DNA of 64,000 nucleotides from Candidatus Cloacimonadales bacterium (GCA_963663475.2 CAXXJV010000001.1:2752001-2816000); one strand, 5' to 3'. Shown: positions 44,360-54,148, numbered from the stretch's first letter. The notes: generated by a model from the sequence alone, not told the origin. Translations and numbers: made by a program.

Positions 44360-44409
44360 GAAGAGTGTCGGAAGTAGCTACTCCGTGAGCAACTCCCGTC
44401 ACTCTTCAT
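44360..44409. repeat. GC-rich imperfect hairpin (REP-like or structured RNA)
   Basis: TGAAGAGTG-TCGGAAGT-AGCTACTCCGTGAGCA-ACTCCCGT-CACTCTTCA. Confidence 0.55.
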
Positions 44410-44446
44410 ATAGAGCCTAAATTTTTATATTACTCCTAATAATATA

Positions 44447-44474
44447 AAAGGGAGCTTACTAGTAAGCTCCCTTT
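44447..44474 (-). terminator. Terminator of the four-gene membrane operon
   Basis: Perfect palindrome AAAGGGAGCTTACTAGTAAGCTCCCTTT, 23 nt past the stop codon. Confidence 0.8.
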
Positions 44475-44497
44475 ATCTATAGTAAATCTATATTATT

Positions 44498-45094
44498 CTA
44501 TGCAAGCCAACCTTTAAAGGTATCAGCTAAGAATTGCAATCTACCGATGAGAAGTGAGATACGGGCCATAACAGTATAACCGAATGAAGCACCGAAACCA
44601 ATCATCATATACCAGATTCCAATTCGAGAGAATTTTCCATAAGCACCAGTATGGGCTTTGGAGAAGAAGAAGTAGAACAATACAGTAATGGTTCCTAAGA
44701 AGATCAAGAAGATATTGAAATTCTCAATAGGAATCATAGCTTGTCTAACTTGCACAAGCACCATAGAGTTCATACTCATAGTAACACCAGCACCGACCAT
44801 ACCCATTGAAATAGCGATAGGGTATCTAGTTAACCAGCCGTAATTTCTGGAGAATCTGAACCAATATAATACACCAAAAAGAACAGGTATAATAAATATA
44901 TATTTATGTTCTACAAAGATTCTTTGTAAGACAAATGGTTCAAAAGCATTTTTATATACAAGTGGTAGTGCATATCCTAAGGAAACACCTACAAGTAAAT
45001 ATTCAGCAAATCTGTATGCAGGATTATCTTTATACAGAAAGGAAAATATTGATAAGGTCAAAAGAACTGCAACTATTTCGCCTAATAATGTCAT
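44498..45094 (-). CDS. Conserved hypothetical membrane protein (operon gene 4)
   Basis: About 6 TM; SFLYKDNPAYRFAE..VG, MIGFGASFGYTVMARISLLIGR. Confidence 0.85.
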   Translation of the reverse strand: MTLLGEIVAVLLTLSIFSFLYKDNPAYRFAEYLLVGVSLGYALPLVYKNAFEPFVLQRIFVEHKYIFIIPVLFGVLYWFRFSRNYGWLTRYPIAISMGMVGAGVTMSMNSMVLVQVRQAMIPIENFNIFLIFLGTITVLFYFFFSKAHTGAYGKFSRIGIWYMMIGFGASFGYTVMARISLLIGRLQFLADTFKGWLA

Positions 45095-45102
45095 GTTTCC
45101 TC

Positions 45103-46131
45103 CTATAAGTTTTTATTTTGATTTCTTTTTTCCAAGAAGTAACCAATGTTACCAAGGATAATGAAAACAATAATTAGAATGTGTGCAACAGATTGAGCAT
45201 TCATACCAAGACGAGCCATTTTGAATGAAGTAGGCACTCTATCAGTTGTGATATCAAGGTTTGCTAACATTTCTTCAGTTGGGTTATCTAATTGGCCCTT
45301 AGAGAAGGTAATATTGTTCATAGCAAACATATCAACAAGTTTTTCGTATTCAGCAGCACCTTTAAGACCAGCTGTCATACCAACACATTGTCCTGATTGA
45401 ATATAAGGATATTGGTCAGCAGCCATAACAGCAGTTAAACCAACACCAACATTAACACCAAAACGAGGTCTAGCATAAATCATCCAAGAAAGGCCTTGGT
45501 CATTACCTGAAGTTTCATAAACTAGGTTCATTTGGGTGTAGTTTCTAATTGCAGTATCTCTGTACATTGGAAGGTTTTCAATTCTATTACCATCTGAATC
45601 AGTTTCCACCGCAGCAGCAATATCATCACCCATACCAAGGAGGATAGGAAGATAAAGAGCAGCAGGTTTATAACCAATATTGATATAATCCTTACCTCTT
45701 TCAATGACCCTACCAGTCTTTTCAATTTCTTCAGTAACTACTGAGAGAGCTTCTTCAATAAGAGGCACAGCAGTTGCCAAGATAGTGAAGGTATAGAAAG
45801 GTACTCTTCTATAAATACAGTGTCTCATAACAGCAACTTCCATTGGGAAAAGTTCTGGCATGGTTGCAGCATCATGATAAACATCGATAAAGATAGCTCT
45901 ATCTAATTTAAAAGCATCAACTTCTTCATCAGAGATGATACCATCATTATTAAGGTCATCAGCCCTCACGTAAGGAGAGTAAGAGTCAATGATTTGATAT
46001 AGACTCTCCACAGGAGAAGTTGTATAAGTAACAGATTTAAACGGGAAAGCAAGTGGTATAATGATAGCAACAGCTATAAATACAAACACATATCTTCTGT
46101 CTAAGCCTTGTAAGTTTTTAATAAAATTCAT
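45103..46131 (-). CDS. Conserved hypothetical membrane protein, alpha/beta domain between two TM anchors (operon gene 3)
   Basis: DRR.VF N-terminal TM; G.DYINIGYKP, TAVMA...YPY.QSGQ..G...GLKGAAEYE, M.AQS.AH C-terminal TM; EF-hand-like DLNNDGIISDEE. Confidence 0.85.
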   Translation of the reverse strand: MNFIKNLQGLDRRYVFVFIAVAIIIPLAFPFKSVTYTTSPVESLYQIIDSYSPYVRADDLNNDGIISDEEVDAFKLDRAIFIDVYHDAATMPELFPMEVAVMRHCIYRRVPFYTFTILATAVPLIEEALSVVTEEIEKTGRVIERGKDYINIGYKPAALYLPILLGMGDDIAAAVETDSDGNRIENLPMYRDTAIRNYTQMNLVYETSGNDQGLSWMIYARPRFGVNVGVGLTAVMAADQYPYIQSGQCVGMTAGLKGAAEYEKLVDMFAMNNITFSKGQLDNPTEEMLANLDITTDRVPTSFKMARLGMNAQSVAHILIIVFIILGNIGYFLEKRNQNKNL

Positions 46132-46142
46132 ATTTCCTCCTA

Positions 46143-46781
46143 TTAATCTCCACCACCGAGGTAGGTTCTTTCGATACCTAACAAGATTTTAAGTGATGTT
46201 GCCACAGAGCCAAGACCAACACCTAGTAAAATACCTCTTTTAGAAGCAAGGTTTGGTACATCCATAATCCATTGAGAAATATCTAAAATATTGATTGGCC
46301 AGCTTTTTGAAATAGTCATACCAAGTGGAACTTGACCTAACATAACAATAATAGCAGCAATCAAAAGCACAGTAGCTTCGATAGATCTAGCACGGAATGA
46401 TTTATAGGCAGCAGTAGCCATGTAGAATGCCAAAAGTGAGAACATAGTAGAACTCATAGGCATCATTAAGTTTCTGAAAATCCATTGAGAAGGAGTTCCT
46501 GATTGGGTTCCCCAGATAAAACCAACTGTTGAAGTAACAACAAGACCACTTAGGGTTATAATTGAGTATCCCCATTTAGGAGCTTTCATTCTAATTTTAT
46601 TATAGTGAACACTTACTAAACTGTAGACCCCAAGAAAAACAGCCAGAGGTGACATAGTTTTAACAAATTCTTGGTAAGCCATATATACATCATCTTGCAT
46701 CCATTTAGCAGGAATAAAAGTCCATCCTACAAAAAGGAAACCAAGCATCATTACTATTGCTATAGGTATATTTTTTTTCAT
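46143..46781 (-). CDS. Conserved hypothetical membrane protein (operon gene 2)
   Basis: About 6 TM; MFSLLAFY..AAY..FRARS.EA, W.M.VPN.A..RGI..G..LG, LG.ER.YLGG. Confidence 0.85.
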   Translation of the reverse strand: MKKNIPIAIVMMLGFLFVGWTFIPAKWMQDDVYMAYQEFVKTMSPLAVFLGVYSLVSVHYNKIRMKAPKWGYSIITLSGLVVTSTVGFIWGTQSGTPSQWIFRNLMMPMSSTMFSLLAFYMATAAYKSFRARSIEATVLLIAAIIVMLGQVPLGMTISKSWPINILDISQWIMDVPNLASKRGILLGVGLGSVATSLKILLGIERTYLGGGD

Positions 46782-46789
46782 TGTAACTC

Positions 46790-49639
46790 CTATTTATCTG
46801 GGAATATATCAAGTAAGAATGTAATTTTCGAAGTGGAAAGAACAGTTCCCACGATAATGAAAAAGAGAACAAGGAACTTAAAGTAGTCTTGTGCTTTCAA
46901 AGTTCCGAGAATCATTGGTTCTTTAGACATATAAGCTGAAGCAGCATAAAGCTCTTCACCAATAAGTGTGTAGTCACAAGTAGTGATAAAGAAAGGAATC
47001 TGGGTAACAGAGTCTGTACCAGCAATCTGGATAGCACCAGTAATGTTACCAGTTTCAGTCATAAGAAGTGATTCAGCGAAATATGAGCCCATGTAGAAGT
47101 TAGTAGCAGTTTTTTCACGAATCATGATTCCGTTAACACCAGCAACATAAGCAAATTGGTCAGTTGTTACGAAGAAAACTGAGTTTTTGTCATAAGTATC
47201 TGGTCTTCCTGCTTCAATATGAGATTCTTTAACAATCTCTTGAGCAATAGGCATTAAGATATAGTCACGTGTAGGAACAAGAATTCTTGTATCGTATTCA
47301 GCAGCCTTCTTAGCAACTTTACCTAGAATAGAAAGTGCAGCAAGGGTAGCAACAACACCAATTGAAGACATACCAGGTACGAAAAGAATAGGTCTTCCCA
47401 TCTCAGTAGCACGACCAATAGCATTATCGATTTCTTGGATACCAGCGATAGGTCTGATATATAATTCTCTACCTTTTTTAGCTAGGTTAACCATTACAGC
47501 AACTAAGATAGCAAAGATAATAGAAGCAATCAAACCAGCCCATTTTTCATGGTCAAATTGGTTTGAAATAGGTGTAAAGTATTTGTAAGTACCGTCTTCA
47601 TTCTTAGGAAGTTCATAAGAAGCAAAGAGGCCTTTATTGTTAGTAGAAAATACTTTATAAGAACGTTGTCTGAGGCTATTATCTCTGTGGTCTTTTACAA
47701 TAGAAATCCATTTTGAAGTAGAGATATTACCATCTAACTTAGCATTTAAATCATTTAAGGATGTAATATAATTTGCTAAGAGAGCTTTATATTGAGCATC
47801 TTCTTCAAGAGTCATTTCTTCATTAACAGCTTCAATTTCAGCTGCAAGAAGTTCTTTAGCCTTTTCAGGGAATCTATCAAGTGTTAAGGATTTTTCTACA
47901 TCAGAATTATACCAAACTTGGATACCTGAATTAACAAGAACTTTACCAGATTCAGAATCAAAAGCAACTACTGGTTCATAAAGAGATCTTTCATAAGATA
48001 TAACATCACTATAGTTATTCATTTTTCCAACAACTTTAGGAGCTATTGTATTATAGATAGGTGAACCACTCTTAGCATAGACTTCATAGTTGAAAGTATT
48101 TAATTTAATTCCGTCTTTTTCAAGTGCTTGCGGAATTAATGCTTTTAAAATAGAATCAAATTTTAGTTCTTGAGTAAATGTATAAGGTTCAGATTCTTTA
48201 TTTTTAGTTCTTACAGTAATATTAGCAATGATGGTTTCATTTGCATAGCCTTCAGGTAATTCAGCTTTAATAATATTGTTTAAGTAGAACTCTTTTTCAG
48301 TAAAGAATGCTTGATCCTGTCCTTTAACTGTAAGTTGAAGATCAAAATCTTTCAATCTTTCAGACTCATTATCAAAGAAGTCATAGTTAACAATAAGTTT
48401 GTTACCTAATTTGTTATCAAATGAAGTTTTAGTAATTTCAACTGTTGGTTTTTCCCAAACTACAACTTGAGTATCACCTTTATCATTTGGTAGATCATAA
48501 ACATTAAAAGTAGGAGTTCTAGGAGTATCTTTTACATCTTGAGTAAAAATGCTTTGATATTTTTCCATTTTGTTATCATTTAAGAAGATAAAGCCACCAG
48601 CATCTGCTTGGATAGCTACTGAGTATCTGTTAAGATTGTTAATATCAAGAGGGAATTTTTGATCTGCATCCATTATATAAGTTTGACCAGCTTCCATATT
48701 AATCTTAATAGATTTTTTTGCATAAACGTTTGTTTGTTGATCAATTGGAATTATAAATGGTTGGCTAGCTTCATAAGGCATTTCTTCACTAGCTTGGAAG
48801 TAGTTTTTAGCTGTTTCATAGTCTTCGTCAAAAATATAGATTGCTTGTTGACTTGCATATGAACCTGCTTTATCTTCCCAATCAAAGTTAAGGCTAATAG
48901 CCTGATTACCATCTACAATTAAGGATGCATAAAGTTCTGTTGCAGGGGCTAATAATGGATCTTGAACAGGACTTCCACTAATTACTTCTGATGGTTTTAA
49001 ATAACGTCTGTTTTCATTAATTGGAACAACGCTATAATAATAAGTTTCACCAGCTTTTATACTAGCTAAAACACTTACATTACCCACAGGATAACCAGCT
49101 AAAGTTTGTTCATTATATTCAACTTTATCGAATCTCTTGTAATAAGAGCTTTTCTCAATTTGAGCTATAAAGTTAAATTTTCCATTAGTTTGTTCTAAGA
49201 CTTTTAAATCTCTTGGGTAACCATTATTAACAGTACCAAAGTAGAAAGTCTCATCGTTAAGTGCTTCTACCTTATCGTCAAGTTTGATTCCACCAGGGGA
49301 AGCTTTATCAACAAAAGGTTTATAACCACTATCAAGGTAAGTAATTTCATCGCCTGCAAATCCTACAACAGGATTTAACACAACGCTGCCTAAATAGAAT
49401 AAAGAATCAGGTGTAGTACCACGATAGACTCTATATTCCAAAATTTTTAGTTCATTTGGTAAAGGCTTCCATTTGAGGGTAAGCCCATTACCTAAATCGC
49501 CAGCTACGTCTTCGATAACAAAGTCTTCAATTTCAGCGTTTTCTGCTGTAATTTTATCAGCAAAAAGGCCAAAAGAAAAACTTAATGCTACCAAGCATAG
49601 TATTACTGACAACCATGACTTGTTACGGTTTTTGTGCAT
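46790..49639 (-). CDS. Large exported Fn3-like protein with C-terminal membrane-anchored DUF6754-like domain (operon gene 1)
   Basis: Signal peptide; repeated D-x-x-[GN]-D-x-G...W starts; YRVYRG and YYYSVV; TM then IRPIAG..EID.AIGRATEMGRP, AESL...ETG, Q.PFF..CDY.LIGEELYAASAY, final TM. Confidence 0.8.
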   Translation of the reverse strand: MHKNRNKSWLSVILCLVALSFSFGLFADKITAENAEIEDFVIEDVAGDLGNGLTLKWKPLPNELKILEYRVYRGTTPDSLFYLGSVVLNPVVGFAGDEITYLDSGYKPFVDKASPGGIKLDDKVEALNDETFYFGTVNNGYPRDLKVLEQTNGKFNFIAQIEKSSYYKRFDKVEYNEQTLAGYPVGNVSVLASIKAGETYYYSVVPINENRRYLKPSEVISGSPVQDPLLAPATELYASLIVDGNQAISLNFDWEDKAGSYASQQAIYIFDEDYETAKNYFQASEEMPYEASQPFIIPIDQQTNVYAKKSIKINMEAGQTYIMDADQKFPLDINNLNRYSVAIQADAGGFIFLNDNKMEKYQSIFTQDVKDTPRTPTFNVYDLPNDKGDTQVVVWEKPTVEITKTSFDNKLGNKLIVNYDFFDNESERLKDFDLQLTVKGQDQAFFTEKEFYLNNIIKAELPEGYANETIIANITVRTKNKESEPYTFTQELKFDSILKALIPQALEKDGIKLNTFNYEVYAKSGSPIYNTIAPKVVGKMNNYSDVISYERSLYEPVVAFDSESGKVLVNSGIQVWYNSDVEKSLTLDRFPEKAKELLAAEIEAVNEEMTLEEDAQYKALLANYITSLNDLNAKLDGNISTSKWISIVKDHRDNSLRQRSYKVFSTNNKGLFASYELPKNEDGTYKYFTPISNQFDHEKWAGLIASIIFAILVAVMVNLAKKGRELYIRPIAGIQEIDNAIGRATEMGRPILFVPGMSSIGVVATLAALSILGKVAKKAAEYDTRILVPTRDYILMPIAQEIVKESHIEAGRPDTYDKNSVFFVTTDQFAYVAGVNGIMIREKTATNFYMGSYFAESLLMTETGNITGAIQIAGTDSVTQIPFFITTCDYTLIGEELYAASAYMSKEPMILGTLKAQDYFKFLVLFFIIVGTVLSTSKITFLLDIFPDK

Positions 49640-49680
49640 AGATTTCTCCTTATCATTATAAATAAGCTTTATATTAACTA

Positions 49681-49710
49681 ATTTAACAGGAAATTAATTT
49701 TCTGTTAAAT
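49681..49710. promoter_or_regulatory. 30-bp near-perfect palindrome upstream of the operon (putative operator)
   Basis: ATTTAACAGGAAATT|AATTTTCTGTTAAAT, one mismatch, about 40 nt before the ATG. Confidence 0.4.
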
Positions 49711-49965
49711 CTTAATTAATAACTTAGATTAAGTAAAAACTAACAATTATAACAAATTGAGTAATAGTCACAATTTGTCAAACACTTTTTTATGTATTTT
49801 GCCATACCCTGGGTTTAATATCCTTCCTAATTTCTTCTTATTTATTAGTTATCAGTAACTAAGACACTTGTTGTGTAATTTTACATAGATATTCTGCTAG
49901 TAACTAATAGAAGGATAAGCTTATTTACCCAGGCTAAAAGTTCAGTCAATCATTAAGCTAAACAG

Positions 49966-50143
49966 TGGAGTAGGCTTTGTGAATAGCTCAATATTCTTCT
50001 GCAAAAGTAAGCTAGATAATTTCCATGAATATATATTATATGCGTCAGAATTCTGCAAGCTATTTTGCTAAAAGAATTTGCACTCTTCTCTAAAGCTCTA
50101 TTGCACCATTGGGTTAAATCCTACTGCACCACTTAGGGATAAT
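49966..50143 (-). mobile_element. MITE-like element copy B (inverted) plus an extra terminal repeat
   Basis: Reverse complement of 49966-50105 aligns with 25127-25271; an extra CTACTGCACCACTTAGGGATAAT lies at 50121-50143. Confidence 0.75.
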
Positions 50144-50303
50144 TTTTAGGGTGGATTATTAATGTGATTATCGCTAAGTTTAAAAAAAATAATGGACATA
50201 TTTAGTCTCCTTAAAATAATAAGCAGACTAATAAAAGAGTCCATTAAACCCAAATAGTGCGTTAGAATTTTAGGGATAATAAATTTTGGACTAAAGGAAA
50301 ATT

Positions 50304-51041
50304 ATGAGTAATTCATGTTTGTATGTAGTTGCAACCCATATAGGTAATTGGGATGATATAACTTTAAGAGCCTTAAAGACTCTCAAAGAGGTTGATTTCG
50401 TTGTTTGTGAAGAAAGAAAATCAGGATCACGCTTGTTACGTCATTATGATATTAAGCAAGAAATCATGATGCTTAATGAACATAGTAATAAAGAAGATGA
50501 AGATGAAATCTTTAACAAGATATTTTTAGAAGGGAAAAGAGTAGCCCTGATTTCAGATGCAGGAACTCCTCTCTTTGCTGACCCAGGTAACAGACTAGTT
50601 CATAGGTGTAATGATAATGGTATCCCTGTACATCCTATTCCTGGTCCTTCTTCACTAATGGCTATGTTAATGATAAGTGGATTAAAATTAAATTCTTTCC
50701 AATATTGTGGTTTTCTTCCTGCTAATCGTGAAGAAAGAGGAAATGCTTTAAGAAGATATCAGAAACTTACCAATTTAGATTTAATATTTTTAGAAGCTCC
50801 TTACAGATTAAAGCAAGTATTAAGAGATATGGAAATTGTTCTTGGAGGTAATCGTAAGATAATGTTAGGTTATAAACTTACTCAACCTGAAGAACGTTTT
50901 TTAGAAGGAACAATCAAAGAAATGAGAATCATGACTTCTGAACTTCCTAAAGGTGAATTTGTGATTATCTTACCTTCAGATAAAGAGAGATATTATCACA
51001 AGAGTGACAAACGTAATCGTGATTCTGATTATGAGATATGA
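50304..51041 (+). CDS. rsmI: 16S rRNA (cytidine1402-2'-O)-methyltransferase
   Basis: LYVVAT.IGN..DIT.RA, ALISDAGTP...DPG, IPGPS, GFLP, EAPYR, KGEF. Confidence 0.95.
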   Translation: MSNSCLYVVATHIGNWDDITLRALKTLKEVDFVVCEERKSGSRLLRHYDIKQEIMMLNEHSNKEDEDEIFNKIFLEGKRVALISDAGTPLFADPGNRLVHRCNDNGIPVHPIPGPSSLMAMLMISGLKLNSFQYCGFLPANREERGNALRRYQKLTNLDLIFLEAPYRLKQVLRDMEIVLGGNRKIMLGYKLTQPEERFLEGTIKEMRIMTSELPKGEFVIILPSDKERYYHKSDKRNRDSDYEI

Positions 51042-51817
51042 AGCAAATAGATATTGATTATAAAATCCATATCAAACAAGAGTTTAAGCAAACTCAAATC
51101 TTTATGCATGATTTACACTATAAAAAGGAATACTCAGGCCAAATAGATGCCTTAATTAATGCTGAATGGGATGAAGTTACCCGAAACAAAGATGTCTTTA
51201 TTTTTAATGGACCTGTAAGCTGTCTCGATCATTACGAGCTAAGAGGCAGGGACCTGCATATCTATTATTGTGAGAGTGATTATAAATCATATTATGGAAC
51301 AAACATAAAAAATAGTAAGAATCTCAAGGATAAATCTGATTTAGCTAACACTTTAGCTGTATGTACGGTTGTTGAAACTAGTGATAATATGCTTATTGTA
51401 GGTAAAAGAGGCAGCCAATTAGCAGAAGGTACTTGTCTCTGGCATGTTCCAGGAGGGACTCTCGAATACTATTCAAATAAAGAGAATGGTCCTTTTGAAG
51501 TCATGCGAAAAGAACTAGCTGAAGAGTTAAACCTAACCTGTATAAGAAATATGGTCTGTTTAGGATTTGGAGAAAATCTGAATTTCCAAAAACCTGAATT
51601 TTTATTATATACTCAAACAGATCTGACTTCTTCTGAGATAAAAGAGAAACTTCACCTAGCCCCAGATTTTAATGAACATTCAGAAATATCCTTTATTCCT
51701 AGTAACCTGATTGAAAAGTTTTTAGAAGAAAATGACTTTACTGAAATCGGAACTGCAGCAATTCGATTATATCTTGAAAAGGTTGGAATTATCCAAAATA
51801 ATACAGTAGAACTTTGA
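51038..51817 (+). CDS. NUDIX hydrolase-like protein (NUDT22-like)
   Basis: FNGP, WHVPGG..E...KELAEELNL Nudix-box variant, KPE. Confidence 0.75.
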   Translation: MKQIDIDYKIHIKQEFKQTQIFMHDLHYKKEYSGQIDALINAEWDEVTRNKDVFIFNGPVSCLDHYELRGRDLHIYYCESDYKSYYGTNIKNSKNLKDKSDLANTLAVCTVVETSDNMLIVGKRGSQLAEGTCLWHVPGGTLEYYSNKENGPFEVMRKELAEELNLTCIRNMVCLGFGENLNFQKPEFLLYTQTDLTSSEIKEKLHLAPDFNEHSEISFIPSNLIEKFLEENDFTEIGTAAIRLYLEKVGIIQNNTVEL

Positions 51818-51863
51818 GAATATGCACTCTTCTCTAAAGCCCAACTGCACCATTATCGGAATT
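51788..51863. mobile_element. Internally deleted MITE copy (two TIRs joined) overlapping the NUDIX stop
   Basis: ATTATCCAAAATAATACAGTAGAACTTTGAGAATA + TGCACTCTTCTCTAAAGCCCAACTGCACCATT match the two ends of copies A and B. Confidence 0.7.
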
Positions 51864-51865
51864 AA

Positions 51866-51899
51866 GATTGATGAGTGATGATTGATGAGTGATGATTGA
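51866..51899. repeat. Short tandem repeat, 14 bp x ~2.4
   Basis: GATTGATGAGTGAT GATTGATGAGTGAT GATTGA. Confidence 0.8.
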
Positions 51900-51936
51900 C
51901 AATGTTAATCAAGAAAAAAAATAATAAGAGAATAAG

Positions 51937-54063
51937 ATGTATAAGAAAATAGCAGAGATAACGAAGTTAACAGAAAAACAAGTTGAAAGGGTTCTTGCTT
52001 TAACTAGTGAAGGTTATACCATACCTTTTATTGCAAGATACCGTAAAGAAGAAACTAATTATTTAAATGAAATAAATATTAAGCAAATCTTAGATGAGTA
52101 TGATAAGCTTGTAAAATTAAATACTAGAAGGGAAGAAATTATTGCTACCCTTACTGAAAGAGAGCAACTTACAGCTAAACTTAAGATTCTCTTAGATCAA
52201 GCAGACAAAATATCTCTTTTAGAAGAAATTTATAAACCTTACAAGAAAAAGCATAAAACAAAAGCCATGCTAGCTAGAGAAAATGGACTAGAAGAGGTTG
52301 CTGAGAATCTAAGATATTTCAAGGAAAAGCGAAGTAGTGACTTCCATAAATTTATTGGAAAGAATTATCATGATCAGTCTGAAGTAATTGCAGCTGCCCT
52401 CCATATAGTTATTGATGACATTGCCAATAATCAATATTTGAGACAGGCTTTAAAAGACCTATTCCAACAAAAAGCCTATATTCTTGTAGAAAAGGCTAAA
52501 GGTCAAGATCTAGACCCTGAGCAAGTATATCGGAACTACTATGACTTCAAAAAAGCACTTAGATATTTAGAATCTTTCCAAATACTAGCCATTAATAGAG
52601 GAGTCAAAGAAAAGATCCTTACTAGTAATATTGACATTGACCATGACATACATTATAAAATTGAGAGAATACTCAGAATTAAGCCAAATTTAGCTTATTA
52701 TGATGAGCTCATCCAAGCTATAAAAAAAGCTTATTCAGCAAGTATAAAGCCTTCTCTAGTCCGCGAGCTTATGAATGATTTAACCGATAATGCTGAAAGA
52801 CGTTCCTTAGAAGTCTTTGCTAATAATCTCAGGGCCTTGCTATTAAAAAGACCTTTTAGAGCAAGAGCTGTTTTAGGAATAGATCCTGGCTTTAGAACAG
52901 GCTGTAAAGTTGCAGTAGTAGATCAGTTTGGCAACTACCAAGAATCTTCTGTAATCTATCCAGTAGCTCCTTATAACAAAATTAAAGAAACAGAGGCTAT
53001 TGTAGTAGACTTATATAAAAAGTATAATTTTGATGTAATAGCAATTGGTGATGGAACAGCATCCTATGAGGCATCTTTAGTAGTATCAGATATAATAAAA
53101 AAAAATAATCTTAATACAAAATTCACGATTATTTCCGAATCTGGAGCATCAGTATATTCTGCTTCAGAAATTGCTCAAGATGAGTTTCCTCATTTAGATT
53201 TAACTATTAGGTCAGCTATTTCAATTGCCAGAAGGGTATTATCCTTCCTAGATGAAATGATTAAAATACCTCCTGAATCGATTGGGGTAGGAATGTATCA
53301 ACATGATATCAATTCAAAAAAACTTAAAGAAGCTTTAGATTTTGAAGTTACTTCCATTGTTCACCATGTAGGAGTTGATTTGAATAATTCTTCTCCCTAT
53401 CTACTTAAATTTGTCTCAGGTATTAGTCCTTCTGTAGCCAAGAATATCGTGTCTTACAGAAAAGAATCTGGAGCTTTTGCTTGTCGAAAAGACTTAATGA
53501 AAGTAAAGGGATTTGGACCTAAAGCTTTTGAATTAGCCTCTGGTTTCTGCAGAGTAACAAAGGCTATTAATCCACTAGATAATACCATTATTCACCCAGA
53601 TGATTATCCTAAAGTTGTTAAAATTCTCTCCTCAATGGGTTTTAAACAAAGACTTTCTTCCTTAACTTATGCTGATTTAAGAAGATTATTTTCTAGTCTT
53701 CCCAAACAAAAAATTATTTGCCCAGATCTTTCTCAGCATGATATTAATTTTATCTATTCAGCTATTGTGGAAAGGGATATTGATCCTAGGCAATCCCTTC
53801 CTAGTGTTAAGCTTTCAGATAAAGTCCCTAGTATAGAAGATTTTGTTGTTGGTTCTAGCTGGCAAGGAGAAGTTAAAAATGCAACAGACTTTGGACTTTT
53901 TGTTAGTTTAGGAGGCAAAACAGATGGACTTGTTCATGTTTCCAATTTTGCTTCTAAAAAAGAGATGTTTGAAAATTATCCTCCAGGCAAACTTATCAAT
54001 GTTAGGGTAAAATCTCTAGATATTGAGCGGAATAGAATTCAATTAGAAGTTTCCAAGCTATAG
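51937..54063 (+). CDS. tex: Tex-family RNA-binding transcriptional accessory protein
   Basis: TIPFIARYRKE, GIDPGFRTGCK, ESGASVYSAS, IGVGMYQHD, C-terminal S1. Confidence 0.95.
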   Translation: MYKKIAEITKLTEKQVERVLALTSEGYTIPFIARYRKEETNYLNEINIKQILDEYDKLVKLNTRREEIIATLTEREQLTAKLKILLDQADKISLLEEIYKPYKKKHKTKAMLARENGLEEVAENLRYFKEKRSSDFHKFIGKNYHDQSEVIAAALHIVIDDIANNQYLRQALKDLFQQKAYILVEKAKGQDLDPEQVYRNYYDFKKALRYLESFQILAINRGVKEKILTSNIDIDHDIHYKIERILRIKPNLAYYDELIQAIKKAYSASIKPSLVRELMNDLTDNAERRSLEVFANNLRALLLKRPFRARAVLGIDPGFRTGCKVAVVDQFGNYQESSVIYPVAPYNKIKETEAIVVDLYKKYNFDVIAIGDGTASYEASLVVSDIIKKNNLNTKFTIISESGASVYSASEIAQDEFPHLDLTIRSAISIARRVLSFLDEMIKIPPESIGVGMYQHDINSKKLKEALDFEVTSIVHHVGVDLNNSSPYLLKFVSGISPSVAKNIVSYRKESGAFACRKDLMKVKGFGPKAFELASGFCRVTKAINPLDNTIIHPDDYPKVVKILSSMGFKQRLSSLTYADLRRLFSSLPKQKIICPDLSQHDINFIYSAIVERDIDPRQSLPSVKLSDKVPSIEDFVVGSSWQGEVKNATDFGLFVSLGGKTDGLVHVSNFASKKEMFENYPPGKLINVRVKSLDIERNRIQLEVSKL

Positions 54064-54097
54064 AAAGTTAAGTCTTATTAAATTTACTTATATAAAC

Positions 54098-54126
54098 AAA
54101 AAGACCCCAGTAAAAGGGGTCTTTTT
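54098..54126. terminator. Bidirectional terminator
   Basis: AAAAAGACCCC-agtaaaa-GGGGTCTTTTT between convergent genes. Confidence 0.85.
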
Positions 54127-54148
54127 CCAACCAAAAAAGGAGTTTTAT

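Noticed and set aside
49746-49781. Sigma70 promoter TTGACA...TATAAT for the four-gene operon
   Set aside because: The hexamers are 24 nt apart, too far for a canonical promoter.
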